Shown here in pieces: positions 50,363 to 61,300 of a stretch of DNA of 64,000 nt (its first letter is position 1; each line of letters starts with the position of its first letter). The stretch spans positions 1,696,001-1,760,000 of the forward strand of contig OZ242320.1 in the NCBI GenBank assembly GCA_965208125.1, given 5' to 3'. The stretch is from Candidatus Latescibacterota bacterium (GTDB lineage: Bacteria; Latescibacterota; UBA2968). A model generated the notes under the pieces. That model was not told where the DNA came from and ran no database searches. It was given only the letters and a program-made list of their open reading frames with translations. Made by a program: the position numbers and the translations under genes.

Positions 50363-51526
50363 ATGCCACTAATCAATACACCCGACGCACTCGAAACCCT
50401 TGTCCACCGCGCCCTAAACGCGCCCTGTGTGAGCATTGACACGGAATTTGTCTGGGAGCGAACCTATTATCCGCGCCTGGGCATTGTACAGGTGGGACTT
50501 TCAGAAAATGATTGCCACCTGATAGATGCCGTCACATTATCGGATCTATCGCCTTTGGGGATCTTATTATCAGACCCCCACACCGTGAAAATTTTGCACG
50601 ATGCACAGCAAGACCTCTGGATTTTGAGACGCATAACAGATGCTATCCCCTGCAATATATTCGATACGCGTTGTGCAGCGGGCTTCGCGGGTATGAGTTC
50701 AAACCTGTCACTGGGCAATTTATTGCACATGTGTCTCAATATACAACTGCCCAAAACAGAAACGCGCACAGATTGGTTGAGACGGCCATTATCGGATAAA
50801 CAACTCGAATATGCCTTGAATGACGTGCGATATTTGCCCGCCCTTCGCGAACATCTCTTGACCGACATACAGAGACGAGACCGAGAAAACTGGTTGGCAG
50901 AAGAACTCCGCAAATACGATGTTGCCAAATTGTACGATGACCGCACGCCCGAAGAACAATATACGCGCATAAAAGGCACGGGACGACTATCGAGACGCGA
51001 TATGGCCATCGTGCGCGAACTGGCGGCCTGGCGCGAACAAAAGGCTCGACAGGCAGACCGCCCCAGAACCTGGATCATGAGGGATGACGCCATCGTGCAA
51101 ATTGCCCGGCGCAAGCCGCAATCAATTCAGTTGTTAAAACGATTGCGGGGTATCTCAAGATCATCCATAAATCAGTACGGAAATAACCTCCTCAACGCTG
51201 TACAGCGCGGATTGACAATCGACGAAAGAAATTGCCCGCCCATACCGCCACCTGTGCGACCTAATCCCTCTGAAGATGCGCGTCTCGACCTCGCCATGGC
51301 TTTTTTGCGCGGACAGTGTCTATCAGAAGGCATCGATATCGCAATGGTGGCATCTCGATCAGAAGTCAAAGCATTCATTTCAAAAAAAAATGCGACGGAT
51401 AATCCATTGCACACAGGTTGGCGACGCGAATTTTTAGGCGCAGACCTGATCGCACTCTTAAACGGCAAACACGCCATCGGCATCAATCCCAACACGCGCT
51501 TGCCCTGGTTATTGAGGGATACGTAA
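50363..51526 (+). CDS. rnd: Ribonuclease D
   Basis: IDTEF..ERTYYP.LG.VQ, KILHDAQQD, FDTR, TDWLRRPLS..QLEYALNDV, HRDC domain, GWRRE. Confidence 0.92.
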   Translation: MPLINTPDALETLVHRALNAPCVSIDTEFVWERTYYPRLGIVQVGLSENDCHLIDAVTLSDLSPLGILLSDPHTVKILHDAQQDLWILRRITDAIPCNIFDTRCAAGFAGMSSNLSLGNLLHMCLNIQLPKTETRTDWLRRPLSDKQLEYALNDVRYLPALREHLLTDIQRRDRENWLAEELRKYDVAKLYDDRTPEEQYTRIKGTGRLSRRDMAIVRELAAWREQKARQADRPRTWIMRDDAIVQIARRKPQSIQLLKRLRGISRSSINQYGNNLLNAVQRGLTIDERNCPPIPPPVRPNPSEDARLDLAMAFLRGQCLSEGIDIAMVASRSEVKAFISKKNATDNPLHTGWRREFLGADLIALLNGKHAIGINPNTRLPWLLRDT

Positions 51527-51574
51527 ACGACTACTTACTTTTTGCAAGTGGTGTGTCCAGTACGATCGATCTAT

Positions 51575-51928
51575 TTACTCCCGATCAACAACATCTGTTC
51601 CAAAAGCGTTAAGAAGGGCATTAAGCCCTGGGCCGAATGCATTTTCGTGGTCGAGAACCGCTACCTTGCGAGAGGCCATTTCTTCTAAAAGAATAGCCAC
51701 AGGTAGATGGGCGAGTTTTGCGGCAGTCCGCAGGTCAATATGATCTTCCTGATAAGCACGGATAGCTTCTGAAATTCTGAATTGTTTCATACCATCCAAC
51801 ACCCACTCTCGCATAAGTGCGGCTTCAGAATAAGCGGTTTCTCCAACCAGTTCAGACAATTGTTCGGCTTCTTCTGACGTTAGACGAACTGATTTCGTTA
51901 TCCGTTTGGGAGAGGATATAGTATTCAT
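51575..51928 (-). CDS. Putative antitoxin (RHH + UPF0175-like HTH)
   Basis: KSVRLT..E...L N-terminus; AIRAYQEDHIDLRTAAKLA; directly downstream of the PIN gene. Confidence 0.65.
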   Translation of the reverse strand: MNTISSPKRITKSVRLTSEEAEQLSELVGETAYSEAALMREWVLDGMKQFRISEAIRAYQEDHIDLRTAAKLAHLPVAILLEEMASRKVAVLDHENAFGPGLNALLNAFGTDVVDRE

Positions 51929-51935
51929 CTTTCTT

Positions 51936-52448
51936 TCACCTTTCATCGCGATTTTGAGCCGCCACCAGCAATGCCTGTCGGGCAACTTGCATCACATAGT
52001 GTCCAGTATTAGAAGTAATAGCATCCAGTTTACCCAAAGCACTATTGTAGGACAGAATATGTGCATGATAAAGATAGACGACAAATTCAGGCACAGTGAC
52101 TGCCTTGATGTTGTGTTGCCTTGCAAATGTAAGTGCGCGTTGCTCGTTGATAAGCAGCCACCAGTTCATTTCTTGTGCTAATGCAAGCGCAGACGCCTCA
52201 CCAGCATGGAATTGGGACAAAGATCTGGCGGGATTGCGAATTGAAAGCAAGCCCTCGTCTTCTAAAATGGTGAACATTTCCTGATAGCCATAAACTCGTT
52301 GTGGATATTGAAGGTCAGGGGCAAGTACTTCGGAACGGACCTTTTCGGGAACGAAGAGATCAAAAAAACGGAAAAGGTAAGACAGCACATCAATGCGATG
52401 TCCCAAAACCCAGAATGAGGTTTCTATAATTGCTGATTGTTTCTCCAT
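51936..52448 (-). CDS. PIN-domain (DUF3368-like) putative toxin
   Basis: AIIETSF, VPEKVRSEV, HAGEASALALA, LLINE..A..FA. Confidence 0.7.
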   Translation of the reverse strand: MEKQSAIIETSFWVLGHRIDVLSYLFRFFDLFVPEKVRSEVLAPDLQYPQRVYGYQEMFTILEDEGLLSIRNPARSLSQFHAGEASALALAQEMNWWLLINEQRALTFARQHNIKAVTVPEFVVYLYHAHILSYNSALGKLDAITSNTGHYVMQVARQALLVAAQNRDER

Positions 52449-52454
52449 GATGCA

Positions 52455-52483
52455 AATGTAAACATATGCATCATATATGTCAA
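52455..52483 (-). promoter_or_regulatory. Promoter with inverted-repeat operator; leaderless TA transcript
   Basis: TTGACA-17-TACATT ends 6 nt before the ATG at 52448; acatat-N7-atatgt inverted repeat overlaps the spacer. Confidence 0.6.
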
Positions 52484-52514
52484 TAATAAAGGTGAGAGCC
52501 TTTTCATCTCTCGC

Positions 52515-53126
52515 TCACACCTCCTCAACCTGTGCCTGTCCTCTCGTGAGATTCCCCACCGCCTGTTTGAAAGGCACAACCTGTTCTGTGGGCACGGCCA
52601 GTTCGCATGTAATATCGCTCCCAAAATCTTCAGCGACAACACGCACTTCAAAATCCGGAAGCAACCGCTTAAAAGATTCATAGCTCGCATAGCCAATCGT
52701 CGCTAAAACAGCGACGCGCGTCACCCGCTCCGTGCATTGAACCTTCTCAAGCGCGTGTTGAACGCCGCCTGAATAAGCCCGCACAAGTCCGCCCTTACCC
52801 AACTTTGTCCCACCAAAGTACCGCGTGACAACCGCGGTCACATCGCCCAACCTCGAATGCGTCAGCACAGTCAGCATAGGACGACCAGCCGTACCGTGCG
52901 GCTCTCCATCATCGCTCATCCCCACATTGCCAGTCGTGCCTGGTGGCCCGATCAGGAACGCCCAGCAATTGTGTGAAGCGTCTGGAAATTCGGCGCGAAT
53001 TTGATCGATAAACACGCGAGTGTCTTCTCGTGCCGGTGTATGCGCCAGAGTCGTAATAAAGCGACTGCGCTTAATTTCATCCTCTACGCGGCATGTCGCC
53101 GCGGGAATGGGATAGCGATTAGACAT
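52515..53126 (-). CDS. yigZ: YigZ/IMPACT family protein
   Basis: IKRSRF, ASHNCWAF, SDDGEPHGTAGRPM, VTRYFGGTKLGKGGLVRAY. Confidence 0.93.
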   Translation of the reverse strand: MSNRYPIPAATCRVEDEIKRSRFITTLAHTPAREDTRVFIDQIRAEFPDASHNCWAFLIGPPGTTGNVGMSDDGEPHGTAGRPMLTVLTHSRLGDVTAVVTRYFGGTKLGKGGLVRAYSGGVQHALEKVQCTERVTRVAVLATIGYASYESFKRLLPDFEVRVVAEDFGSDITCELAVPTEQVVPFKQAVGNLTRGQAQVEEV

Positions 53127-53231
53127 AGTGGCGACTCACACCTCCTGGATCGCGGCTTTAATCATGCCGCGATGGCGAGGTCGGGAAAAGGATTTTCCTC
53201 TCCCTTCACACTTCCTACTTCACACTTCCCA

Positions 53232-55208
53232 TCACCACCCGTGAACAGAATGCCCTTCTTCCGGAAAAAAGGTAAAATCGACAACAGAAGACACACCAAC
53301 GCCGACGACATAACCGATCACAAGGCCAAAGAACAAAGGGATACAGCGCCGATAGAGCGAAATCCCACCAATGCGCAGAATAATGAGCTTGGACGCCCAG
53401 GTCAGAAAAATACTGAAAGCATAAACCCGAGACCCCGACATCTTCTGAAAAGCCAGACCCAGGGGATGCAAGGGCCACCACGGAACGCGATTGCGAAGAA
53501 GCATAAGCAGACCCGCTTGCCCAAGCCCAAAAATCCAGACCGCTATTTTACCCGGATCAAAAACCGTTTTATCCGCGCCGACAATAGCGGAAACCATGCG
53601 GTCGTACGTGCGAATATTGGACCCGCTAAAACCCGACAGCCCCAGATTTTGACCCGCGTAATTATATCCCAAATGCACAATAAAAAGACAAGACCCGAAG
53701 AACCCCGAGGCAAAAGCCAGCAGAACGATCCAGAAAACCCATCGGCGGCGGACGTCATTTCCCAGAAGTTTGAGGTGATGAGGCAACGCAGGCCATGCGG
53801 GAATGCGCGAATTGCCAAAAAAAGCGCTCGAATTGATCACACCCAGAGCAACGGTATTTTGTTGCGTAAGCGTTGCAGTCCCCGTAAAAATCTCGACAAT
53901 TTGCCCCCCCTTGCCCCCAACCGGAAAAAGATAAGAAAAGCCACTCGCCGCGGTGTATTTTGCCACAGTAAAATACGCTGCATAGAGCAATAAAAGGTGA
54001 AAAAGGGCGAGAAAAGGAGACAAACCCACTGCGATGAACCAGCCAAAAACAAACACAGTCGCCGCAATAAAACCGAGCAAAGATAGACGATACGAAACGA
54101 GACCGTCATCTGCCCCTCCTGTCACCGCTGCGCGAAGAACATGTCGCAAATGGTCCCGCGCGACCCATACCGCCCACACAGCCAGAAAGATAAAAGCACC
54201 GTGAGATTCCAGAATCAGAATCTCACTCGCTTCTGCCTGTTGCCCGGAAAGACCCACATTAAAACCCGTGCGAGCCATCACCCCTTCTTTGACAATGGCG
54301 ATGAGACGAAAAGCCCAGAAACTGAATAGGATATCCAGGTTACACATATAAGTAAGCCCAAAAACAGGTGGCAAAATACGCAAATAAAACGACGGAAAAT
54401 TGCGCGCAATAGGCACCTCTTTGGTCAGGTAACCGTCGTAAATGCCGATTCGAGGCAAGCTAATAGCAAAATAACCGAGGATATTCCAGGCAAAAACACC
54501 GAAAACAATAAAAAAGCCCACCCAGAAGAGTTTATTCCGAAAAATACCGGGTATAACGCGGCCCGGTTCATCAAAGCCCTCGGTCAGTGCAATCGGAAAA
54601 GCCGCAAGAGGAAAAGTGAGACGCTCATTCTCCTCCCATTGCTTTTGAAAAATGACCGCGAGACATAATCCAGCAACAACAAGGGCAATAGACACGGCGA
54701 ACCACCAGTGCAGTGAAGCCAGCCAGCCGCGCCAGGGAATACTCGCGCCCTCGGGAAGCCCTTCGTAATACGTGCGAATAATCTCCGGCGTTGCCTGGGG
54801 CAAACACCACCACGGCAAAATATCAAAAAGGATCTCTTCCCATCGATTTTCGGGCGAGGCGTAATAAAACGGCGTACTGACAATACCGCCCCAGTAGGTC
54901 GTCCATCCACTTGCCGAAACCGTGCCCACAATCCACGACATACTGTAGATGACCAGAAGCTCTGTACTGCGCAAAGCCATGCGCGGCCATGCCAGCTTCA
55001 GAATGAGATTGATCACGAGCCACGCGACAAAGGGCAAAAGCATAGCCATAGACAACTGCGACTTGACCAGCGAAGCAGACCCCAAAATCATGCCCGTGTA
55101 ATCGCTGTAAATATTGAGCAACGCCGCAGTAGCCGTACCCAGTATAATGGACCGAACAGTAATACGTCTCGGACGCGCAGGCTCGGGTTGTGATTGTGCA
55201 AGTGCCAT
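53232..55208 (-). CDS. Polytopic membrane protein (DUF6785/OPT-like putative peptide transporter)
   Basis: Many TM segments; ELLVIY, YYASPENRW, KQWEENERLTFPL, WWPLHPLG, PLFFGLVIG. Confidence 0.75.
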   Translation of the reverse strand: MALAQSQPEPARPRRITVRSIILGTATAALLNIYSDYTGMILGSASLVKSQLSMAMLLPFVAWLVINLILKLAWPRMALRSTELLVIYSMSWIVGTVSASGWTTYWGGIVSTPFYYASPENRWEEILFDILPWWCLPQATPEIIRTYYEGLPEGASIPWRGWLASLHWWFAVSIALVVAGLCLAVIFQKQWEENERLTFPLAAFPIALTEGFDEPGRVIPGIFRNKLFWVGFFIVFGVFAWNILGYFAISLPRIGIYDGYLTKEVPIARNFPSFYLRILPPVFGLTYMCNLDILFSFWAFRLIAIVKEGVMARTGFNVGLSGQQAEASEILILESHGAFIFLAVWAVWVARDHLRHVLRAAVTGGADDGLVSYRLSLLGFIAATVFVFGWFIAVGLSPFLALFHLLLLYAAYFTVAKYTAASGFSYLFPVGGKGGQIVEIFTGTATLTQQNTVALGVINSSAFFGNSRIPAWPALPHHLKLLGNDVRRRWVFWIVLLAFASGFFGSCLFIVHLGYNYAGQNLGLSGFSGSNIRTYDRMVSAIVGADKTVFDPGKIAVWIFGLGQAGLLMLLRNRVPWWPLHPLGLAFQKMSGSRVYAFSIFLTWASKLIILRIGGISLYRRCIPLFFGLVIGYVVGVGVSSVVDFTFFPEEGHSVHGW

Positions 55209-55445
55209 AAGGTGATAATAAGTTGGCGTTCAAGTATTCAATGATATTGTGAGTAATGATATATTCTGCATTTGTCAAGGATGTATTGTACTGAGACAAA
55301 CCCTGAAAATTGGCTTGCACTTCACCGTTTTGATTGCTATTTTTTTCAAAAGTTACTGACGCGGGAACTGTTGGCATTGCCCCAGCTTTTTGCCGAATTT
55401 GCGGCTGAAGGTCATAGCGGACATCCACTTGCAGGAGAAGAATAG

Positions 55446-56876
55446 ATGAGCACACAACCCAATGGCTTAATAGCCGTGGTGAAACAGGACTGCCCGACCT
55501 GCACCCTCATTGCACCTGTGCTCAGACAAATTGGAAAGCGGGACGATTCACTCGCGGTTTACACCCAGGACAATCCCGATTTTCCCACGGGAATTGCAAA
55601 CCTTATTGACGACACCGGTCTGGAACACTCGTATCGCCTCAATATCGAAACCGTGCCAACCCTACTCCGTTTTGAAAATGGCCGAGAAGTAGCGCGGACT
55701 GTTGGATGGCATCGCGGCGATTGGGAATCCGTATCAGAACTCAGTCCCCTCGGCGCAGACCTGCCCGAATCTCGCCCGGGATGCGGATCAAAAAGCATCG
55801 AACCGGGCATAGCGGAAAAACTCGCCGTCCAATTTGGCGAAACCGTACTCGCCGCCCGGCGCATTGAAGTCGGCGCTCTCGAAGACGAAATAGAAACCTG
55901 TTTTGAGCGCGGCTGGAGCGACGGCCTGCCCGTTGTGCCACCCACCGAAGAACGCATCATGCGCATGCTATCGGGAACGACCCGCTCGCCCGACGAATTG
56001 GTGGGCATCGTCCCCCCCAATTACAACAAATGCACCGTTGAAAAAGTCGCCATCAACGCTGTTCTTGCCGGATGCAAACCCGAATATCTCCCCGTCGTAC
56101 TCGCAGCGGTTGAAACTGCACTCACAGAGGCCTTTTGCATGCACGGACTGCTCGCCACCACATTCTTTGCAGGCCCCATGATCGTCGTCAACGGACCGAT
56201 CACACGCGAAATCGGCATGAACGCGCGGGTCAACGCGCTCGGGCAGGGCAACCGCGCCAACGCGACCATCGGACGCGCCCTTCAACTCGTCATCCGCAAC
56301 ATCGGCGGCGGCGTCCCCGGGGGCATTGATCGCGCCACGCTCGGCAACCCGGGCAAATACACCTTCTGCTTTGCCGAACGCGAAGACGATTCCCCCTGGG
56401 AATCCCTCGCCGTCGAAAGGGGATTCTCACCCGACGCATCCACAGTCTCGCTCTTTGCAGCCAGCGGCGTCACCCCCATCATGGATCAGGCATCCCGAGA
56501 TCCCGACGCCCTGTGCCGATCCTTCGCCGCCTGCCTCAAAGCCGATGGCCATCCCAAACATGCAAACAGCCCGCCCCCCGTACTGGTCATATCGCCAGAA
56601 CACACCCGCCGCTATGCAGACGCAGGCTGGTCAAAAATCCGATTCCGCGACACACTAAATCAGTATCTCCAACTCCCCGTCGCAGAACTGCTCTCAGGCG
56701 CGGGCGGCATCCCGGAAGGCATTTCCGAACAGCGGACAAAAGACAACGAAACACGACCCAAATTTCGCAACAACACATTGCACATCGTCCGCGCAGGCGG
56801 AGACGCGGGCTTATTCTCTGCCCTCATCAGCAGTTGGGGAGGCAGCCAACCCATCACAAAGGAGATCACACCATGA
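55446..56876 (+). CDS. Thioredoxin-like (CxxC) + UGSC-associated domain protein
   Basis: KQDCPTC, IETVPTL, then GWSDGLPVVPPT, TVEKVAINAVLAGCKPEY, GNRANATIGRA, GNPGKY. Confidence 0.8.
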   Translation: MSTQPNGLIAVVKQDCPTCTLIAPVLRQIGKRDDSLAVYTQDNPDFPTGIANLIDDTGLEHSYRLNIETVPTLLRFENGREVARTVGWHRGDWESVSELSPLGADLPESRPGCGSKSIEPGIAEKLAVQFGETVLAARRIEVGALEDEIETCFERGWSDGLPVVPPTEERIMRMLSGTTRSPDELVGIVPPNYNKCTVEKVAINAVLAGCKPEYLPVVLAAVETALTEAFCMHGLLATTFFAGPMIVVNGPITREIGMNARVNALGQGNRANATIGRALQLVIRNIGGGVPGGIDRATLGNPGKYTFCFAEREDDSPWESLAVERGFSPDASTVSLFAASGVTPIMDQASRDPDALCRSFAACLKADGHPKHANSPPPVLVISPEHTRRYADAGWSKIRFRDTLNQYLQLPVAELLSGAGGIPEGISEQRTKDNETRPKFRNNTLHIVRAGGDAGLFSALISSWGGSQPITKEITP

Positions 56877-57382
56877 AAATACTCGACCCCACATCCGAGC
56901 AAAAACCAGCACAAAGAGAACGCGTAAAACGCCCGCAATCACTCGACGGACTGACCATTGGGCTTCTCGACATATCCAAAAGCCGGGGCGACGTATTCCT
57001 CGACCGCATCGAAACGCACCTCGCACAGCGCAACCTCAAAGTCAATCGCTACATCAAACCCACATTCACGCGCCCGGCACCCATCGAACTCCAGCAACAA
57101 ATTGCCATTGAATGCGATATCGTCGTCGAGGGCCTGGCCGATTGAGGGTCTTGCACAACGTGCAGTGTGCACGACACGACCAACCTGGAAGCGCGCGGCA
57201 TACCCACCGTCTTTGTCGCATCCGAGCCGTTCCGCGAAGCAGCCGATGCCCAATCGACCGCCCTGGGATTTAATCCCGCTGGCGTCTTCGTCGCCCATCC
57301 TATCCAGGACCGCACCGACGAAGAAATGCAGGCACTCGCCGACGGCGCTATCGAACGCATCTTAAAAAGAATTAGTAAATAA
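56873..57382 (+). CDS. UGSC-family selenoprotein, 169 aa, UGA 57143-57145 read as Sec91
   Basis: ATG overlaps the upstream stop (ATGA) with an AAGGAG SD; frame reads EGLAD-UGA-GSCTTCSVHD...LEARGIPTV through to TAA at 57382. Confidence 0.88.
57148..57175 (+). promoter_or_regulatory. Candidate SECIS hairpin
   Basis: gtc-t-tgcac-aacgtgcagt-gtgca-c-gac immediately 3' of the UGA; the apical loop begins with G. Confidence 0.5.
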
Positions 57383-57394
57383 AAAAGGATCTAC

Positions 57395-57793
57395 ATGAAC
57401 GACGAAAAAATCACCAAAACAGACCGAGAATGGCGGGAACAACTCACGCCCGAACAATACTACGTCTGCCGTCAAAAAGGCACGGAACGCGCCTTCACAG
57501 GCATGTACTGGGACTGCCTTGAAGAAGGCGTATATCGCTGTGCATGTTGCAATGCCGAACTCTTCCGCTCAGACCAGAAATTCGACTCGCACTGCGGATG
57601 GCCCAGCTTTTTTGACGCCATTGACCCCGACCGAATCAACCAGCACGAAGACCTGAGCTTTGGCATGCGCCGCATTGAAGTCACCTGCGCCCGCTGCGAT
57701 GCCCACCTGGGTCACATCTTCGACGACGGCCCCGCCCCCACGGGCCTGCGCTATTGCATCAACTCCGTAGCCATTGATCTGGATAAAAAGTGA
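57395..57793 (+). CDS. msrB: Methionine-R-sulfoxide reductase
   Basis: [50 protein letters not shown]. Confidence 0.96.
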   Translation: MNDEKITKTDREWREQLTPEQYYVCRQKGTERAFTGMYWDCLEEGVYRCACCNAELFRSDQKFDSHCGWPSFFDAIDPDRINQHEDLSFGMRRIEVTCARCDAHLGHIFDDGPAPTGLRYCINSVAIDLDKK

Positions 57794-57871
57794 GATATTA
57801 GCGACCTCCTCGCCCGCCTCAACGAATGGCACGCCTCTGTAACGCAATAAGCCCAGCGATCAACGATCAGT

Positions 57872-57930
57872 AGTCAGCCGCGCCAGGGAATGCTCGTGCC
57901 ATCGGGAAGACCTTCGTAATACGTATGAAT
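57872..57930 (-). pseudogene. ~59-bp diverged copy of part of the DUF6785-like gene
   Basis: agtcagccgcgccagggaatgctcgtgccatcgggaagaccttcgtaatacgtatgaat aligns without gaps to 54721-54779. Confidence 0.75.
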
Positions 57931-58001
57931 TTTTTTCTTTCCTAAAAACGCGACCTGTTCTACATTAGCAGTCCAACGCTTCATTTCCCCGCAATATTTT
58001 G

Positions 58002-58053
58002 TATATCCCCTATATCCCCTATATCCCCTATATCCCTATATCCCTATATCCCC
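58002..58053. repeat. Tandem repeat (TATATCCC[C]) x6
   Basis: Units of 9, 9, 9, 8, 8 and 9 nt in the AT-rich region upstream of the adhesin. Confidence 0.9.
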
Positions 58054-58302
58054 TCTTGTGGTTTTTATTTCAGCCATTGGTTTGTATATCATCTATCTGT
58101 CATAAAAATTAGACGTTATACCATCTAAGACAAGAATCTCTGTCTGGATTGTTTTTATTATATATTAAATAAAAACAATAATTTATGAATATATTGAGAG
58201 AGTGGGATTGTTCACTCGCGGTTTACACCCAAGACAATCCCAATTTTCTCACTGGTATTACAAACTTTTAGACGACAAAAGAGAGCCTCAAGGACCCAAA
58301 AA

Positions 58303-61300
58303 ATGTTCTCACAAATTGAACAAATCTTCTCGCACATCATCCGCACCCGCCTGACATTCTTTATGCTCATGCTGGCATTGCCAATCGTGGCAAGCGCGCA
58401 GGAAGTTTCAATTACGTCAAGCCCTACCAGCATAATGGAGGGCAAAAAAGCCACATTTATCATATCGGTGACACCAGCCCCGACCAGAAACCTGACGGTG
58501 AACATAGAAGTGAGTGGCAATACCATCTCCACCAGCTACACGAGTCCTACAAGAATCACCGTCGGCACCTCCGGCCAGTACACTCTGACAGTGCCAACCA
58601 GAGATTTCACGGAGAAGCCGAATGACGAAAACTGGGGCAACATACACGTGGATATAAAAGAAGGGGAAGGCTACACGGTCGATGAGGACCAGGATAATGC
58701 ATCCGTGCAGGTGATTGACGAGGATGCGAATGAGAATCCACCAGTGACAAATGCTCCACTTTCGGTAGTAACGCTTCACACAGACCAAACGCGGGTCGCA
58801 ATAGGCGATGAGGTGACGCTCAAAATAAAGCGCACCACACCTTACGACAGGAAGCATCGGGTGGATTTCCGGGTGTGCGGACACTCGCCGGATATTACCG
58901 ACTGGGAACCGATGGTGCAAATGCTTCATCCGAATGGCGGAAGTTTTCATTCGGACACGCCGGAGGAGAGATCGTATTCTTTCCGCGTGGAAGAAGAGGC
59001 CTGTGGGCACACGCAGGGGCGCAAAATTGAAGTCTATCTCTTCGATGCCTTCTACTATGGAGGATCTAATGTTCGCTCCGGAGAAGATGCTTATAAAGTA
59101 GGCGATCCATCTTCGGTGACTATACCTGTTACGGTTCCCCCAAACTGGCGACCGACAGGATCCCCGACAATCAGCGGCAATCTCGACGAAGGTGAAACAT
59201 TAACCGTCTCCCATGGCCTCAGCGGTGTGACAGGCTATCAATGGTACCGGGGTTCAAATCCCATCTCCGGTGAGACGGGTAACACATATACAATAGTGTC
59301 AGACGATAGTGGTCACCGACTGAAAGTTCGGGTAACCTTCAATAACGGCACGTGCTATTTGGAAAGCGCATTGACAGGAGTTGTAGGTGGAGTAATGCCA
59401 GTCGGGACAATTGTAGGGAATCCCTCAACCATCATCGAAGGTCAGTCCAAGACATTCAGAATCACAATGAACCCTGCCCCGACGGCTCCACTAAATGCAG
59501 AAGTGCGCGTCAGCCAGATCGGCGATTTCATCACTGGCTCACCGGGCGTGGGCACGCACACAGTCAACTTCAGCACCAATCAGGCCACCGCCACAATAAC
59601 AGTCAATACTGAAGATAATCAGGTAGATGAACCGAATGGCGAGATAAGCGTGGAACTGTTGAAGAGAACAGGCTATGAAGTAGGCGACCCATCCATCGCA
59701 ACCGTCACCGTTGAGGACAACGACGGATCTGGCGGCGGGGATCAGAACCCGCAGAACCCGCAGAATCCACAAAACCCACAAAACCCGCAGAATCCACAAA
59801 ACCCACAAAACCCGCAGAATCCACAAAACCCACAAAACCCACAAAACCCGCAGAATCCATCGCAACCACCAGTGCCAGGAACTCCACAGGTAACCATCTC
59901 GGCAGGAACCTCACCTGTCACCGAAGGCACGGATGCAACTTTCACAATCACAGCAACCCCTGCACCCACAACAGCGATAACCGTGAGTGTGAACGTCAAC
60001 GAGGACGGCAACTTCATCAGCGGCACACCTTCCTCAACCGTAACCATCGACGCCAACCAAACCTCCGCCACACTCACTGTCGCAACGGACGATGATGGTA
60101 TAGATGAGCCAAATGGATCGGTAACAGCGCAAGTACAAACCGGAACAGGCTATACAGCAGGCTCTCCATCATCAGCGAGTGTCACCGTTAACGACAACGA
60201 CACTTCACCGCCCGCAATCCCACAGGTAACCATCTCGGCAGGAACCTCACCTGTCACCGAAGGCACGGATGCAACTTTCACAATCACAGCAAACCCTACA
60301 CCCACAACTGCAATAACCGTGAGTGTGAATGTCAGCGAGACGGAAGATGTCATCAGCGGCACACCAGACGTAACCGTAACCATCGACGCCAACGAAACCT
60401 CCGCCACACTCACAGTCGCAACACACGACGATAATACAGATGAAGCATCCAGTGTTATAACCGCGCAAGTGCAAACCGGAATAGGCTACACAGTGGGCGA
60501 CCCATCCTCGGCAACCGTCACCGTCAACGACAACGACGCCCCAGAGGTAAAGGCTCCAGAGCCAGAAGTGACAATCTCGGCAGAGACTTCACCCATCACC
60601 GAAGGCACGGATGCAACTTTCACAATCACAGCATCTCCTGCGCCCACAACAGCAATAACTGTAAGTGTAAACGTCACCCAGACCGGCAATTTCATCAGCG
60701 GCACACCGGACGCAACTATCACCATCGACGCCAATAATACCTCTGCCACACTCACTGTCGCAACAGATGACGATAAGGTAGATGAGCCAAATGGTGAGAT
60801 AACCGCGCAAGTACAAACCGGAACAGGTTATACAGCAGGCTCTCCATCATCAGTGAGTGTCACCGTTAACGACAACGACGCCCCAGAGGTAAAGGATCCA
60901 CAGCCGCCAGAAGTAACAATCTCGGCAGAGACTTCACCCGTCACCGAGGGCACGGATGCAACATTTACAATCACAGCATCTCCTGCACCCACAACCGCAA
61001 TAACCGTGAGTGTAAATGTCAGCGAGACGGAAGATGTCATCAGCGGCACACCTTCCTCAACCGTCACCTTCAAAGCCAACCAGACCTCCGCCACACTCAC
61101 AGTCACAACACACGACGATAATATAAGAGAAAACGCCAGTGTTATAACCGCGCAGATCCAGTCTGGAACAGGCTATACAGTAGGCTCTTCATCCTCGGCA
61201 ACCGTCACCGTCAACGACGACGACGCCCCAGGGGTAAAGGCTCCAGAACCGCCAGAAGTAACAATCACAGCGAATCCTACTACCATCACTGAAGGCACGG

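Noticed and set aside
56513-57382. Two separate ORFs or a nonsense pseudogene
   Set aside because: The UGA sits at the redox position of the UGSC motif in one continuous frame from 56873.
54721-57930. 54721-54779 and 57872-57930 as a DGR TR/VR pair
   Set aside because: Mismatches are not confined to adenines on either strand; better explained as a paralogue remnant.
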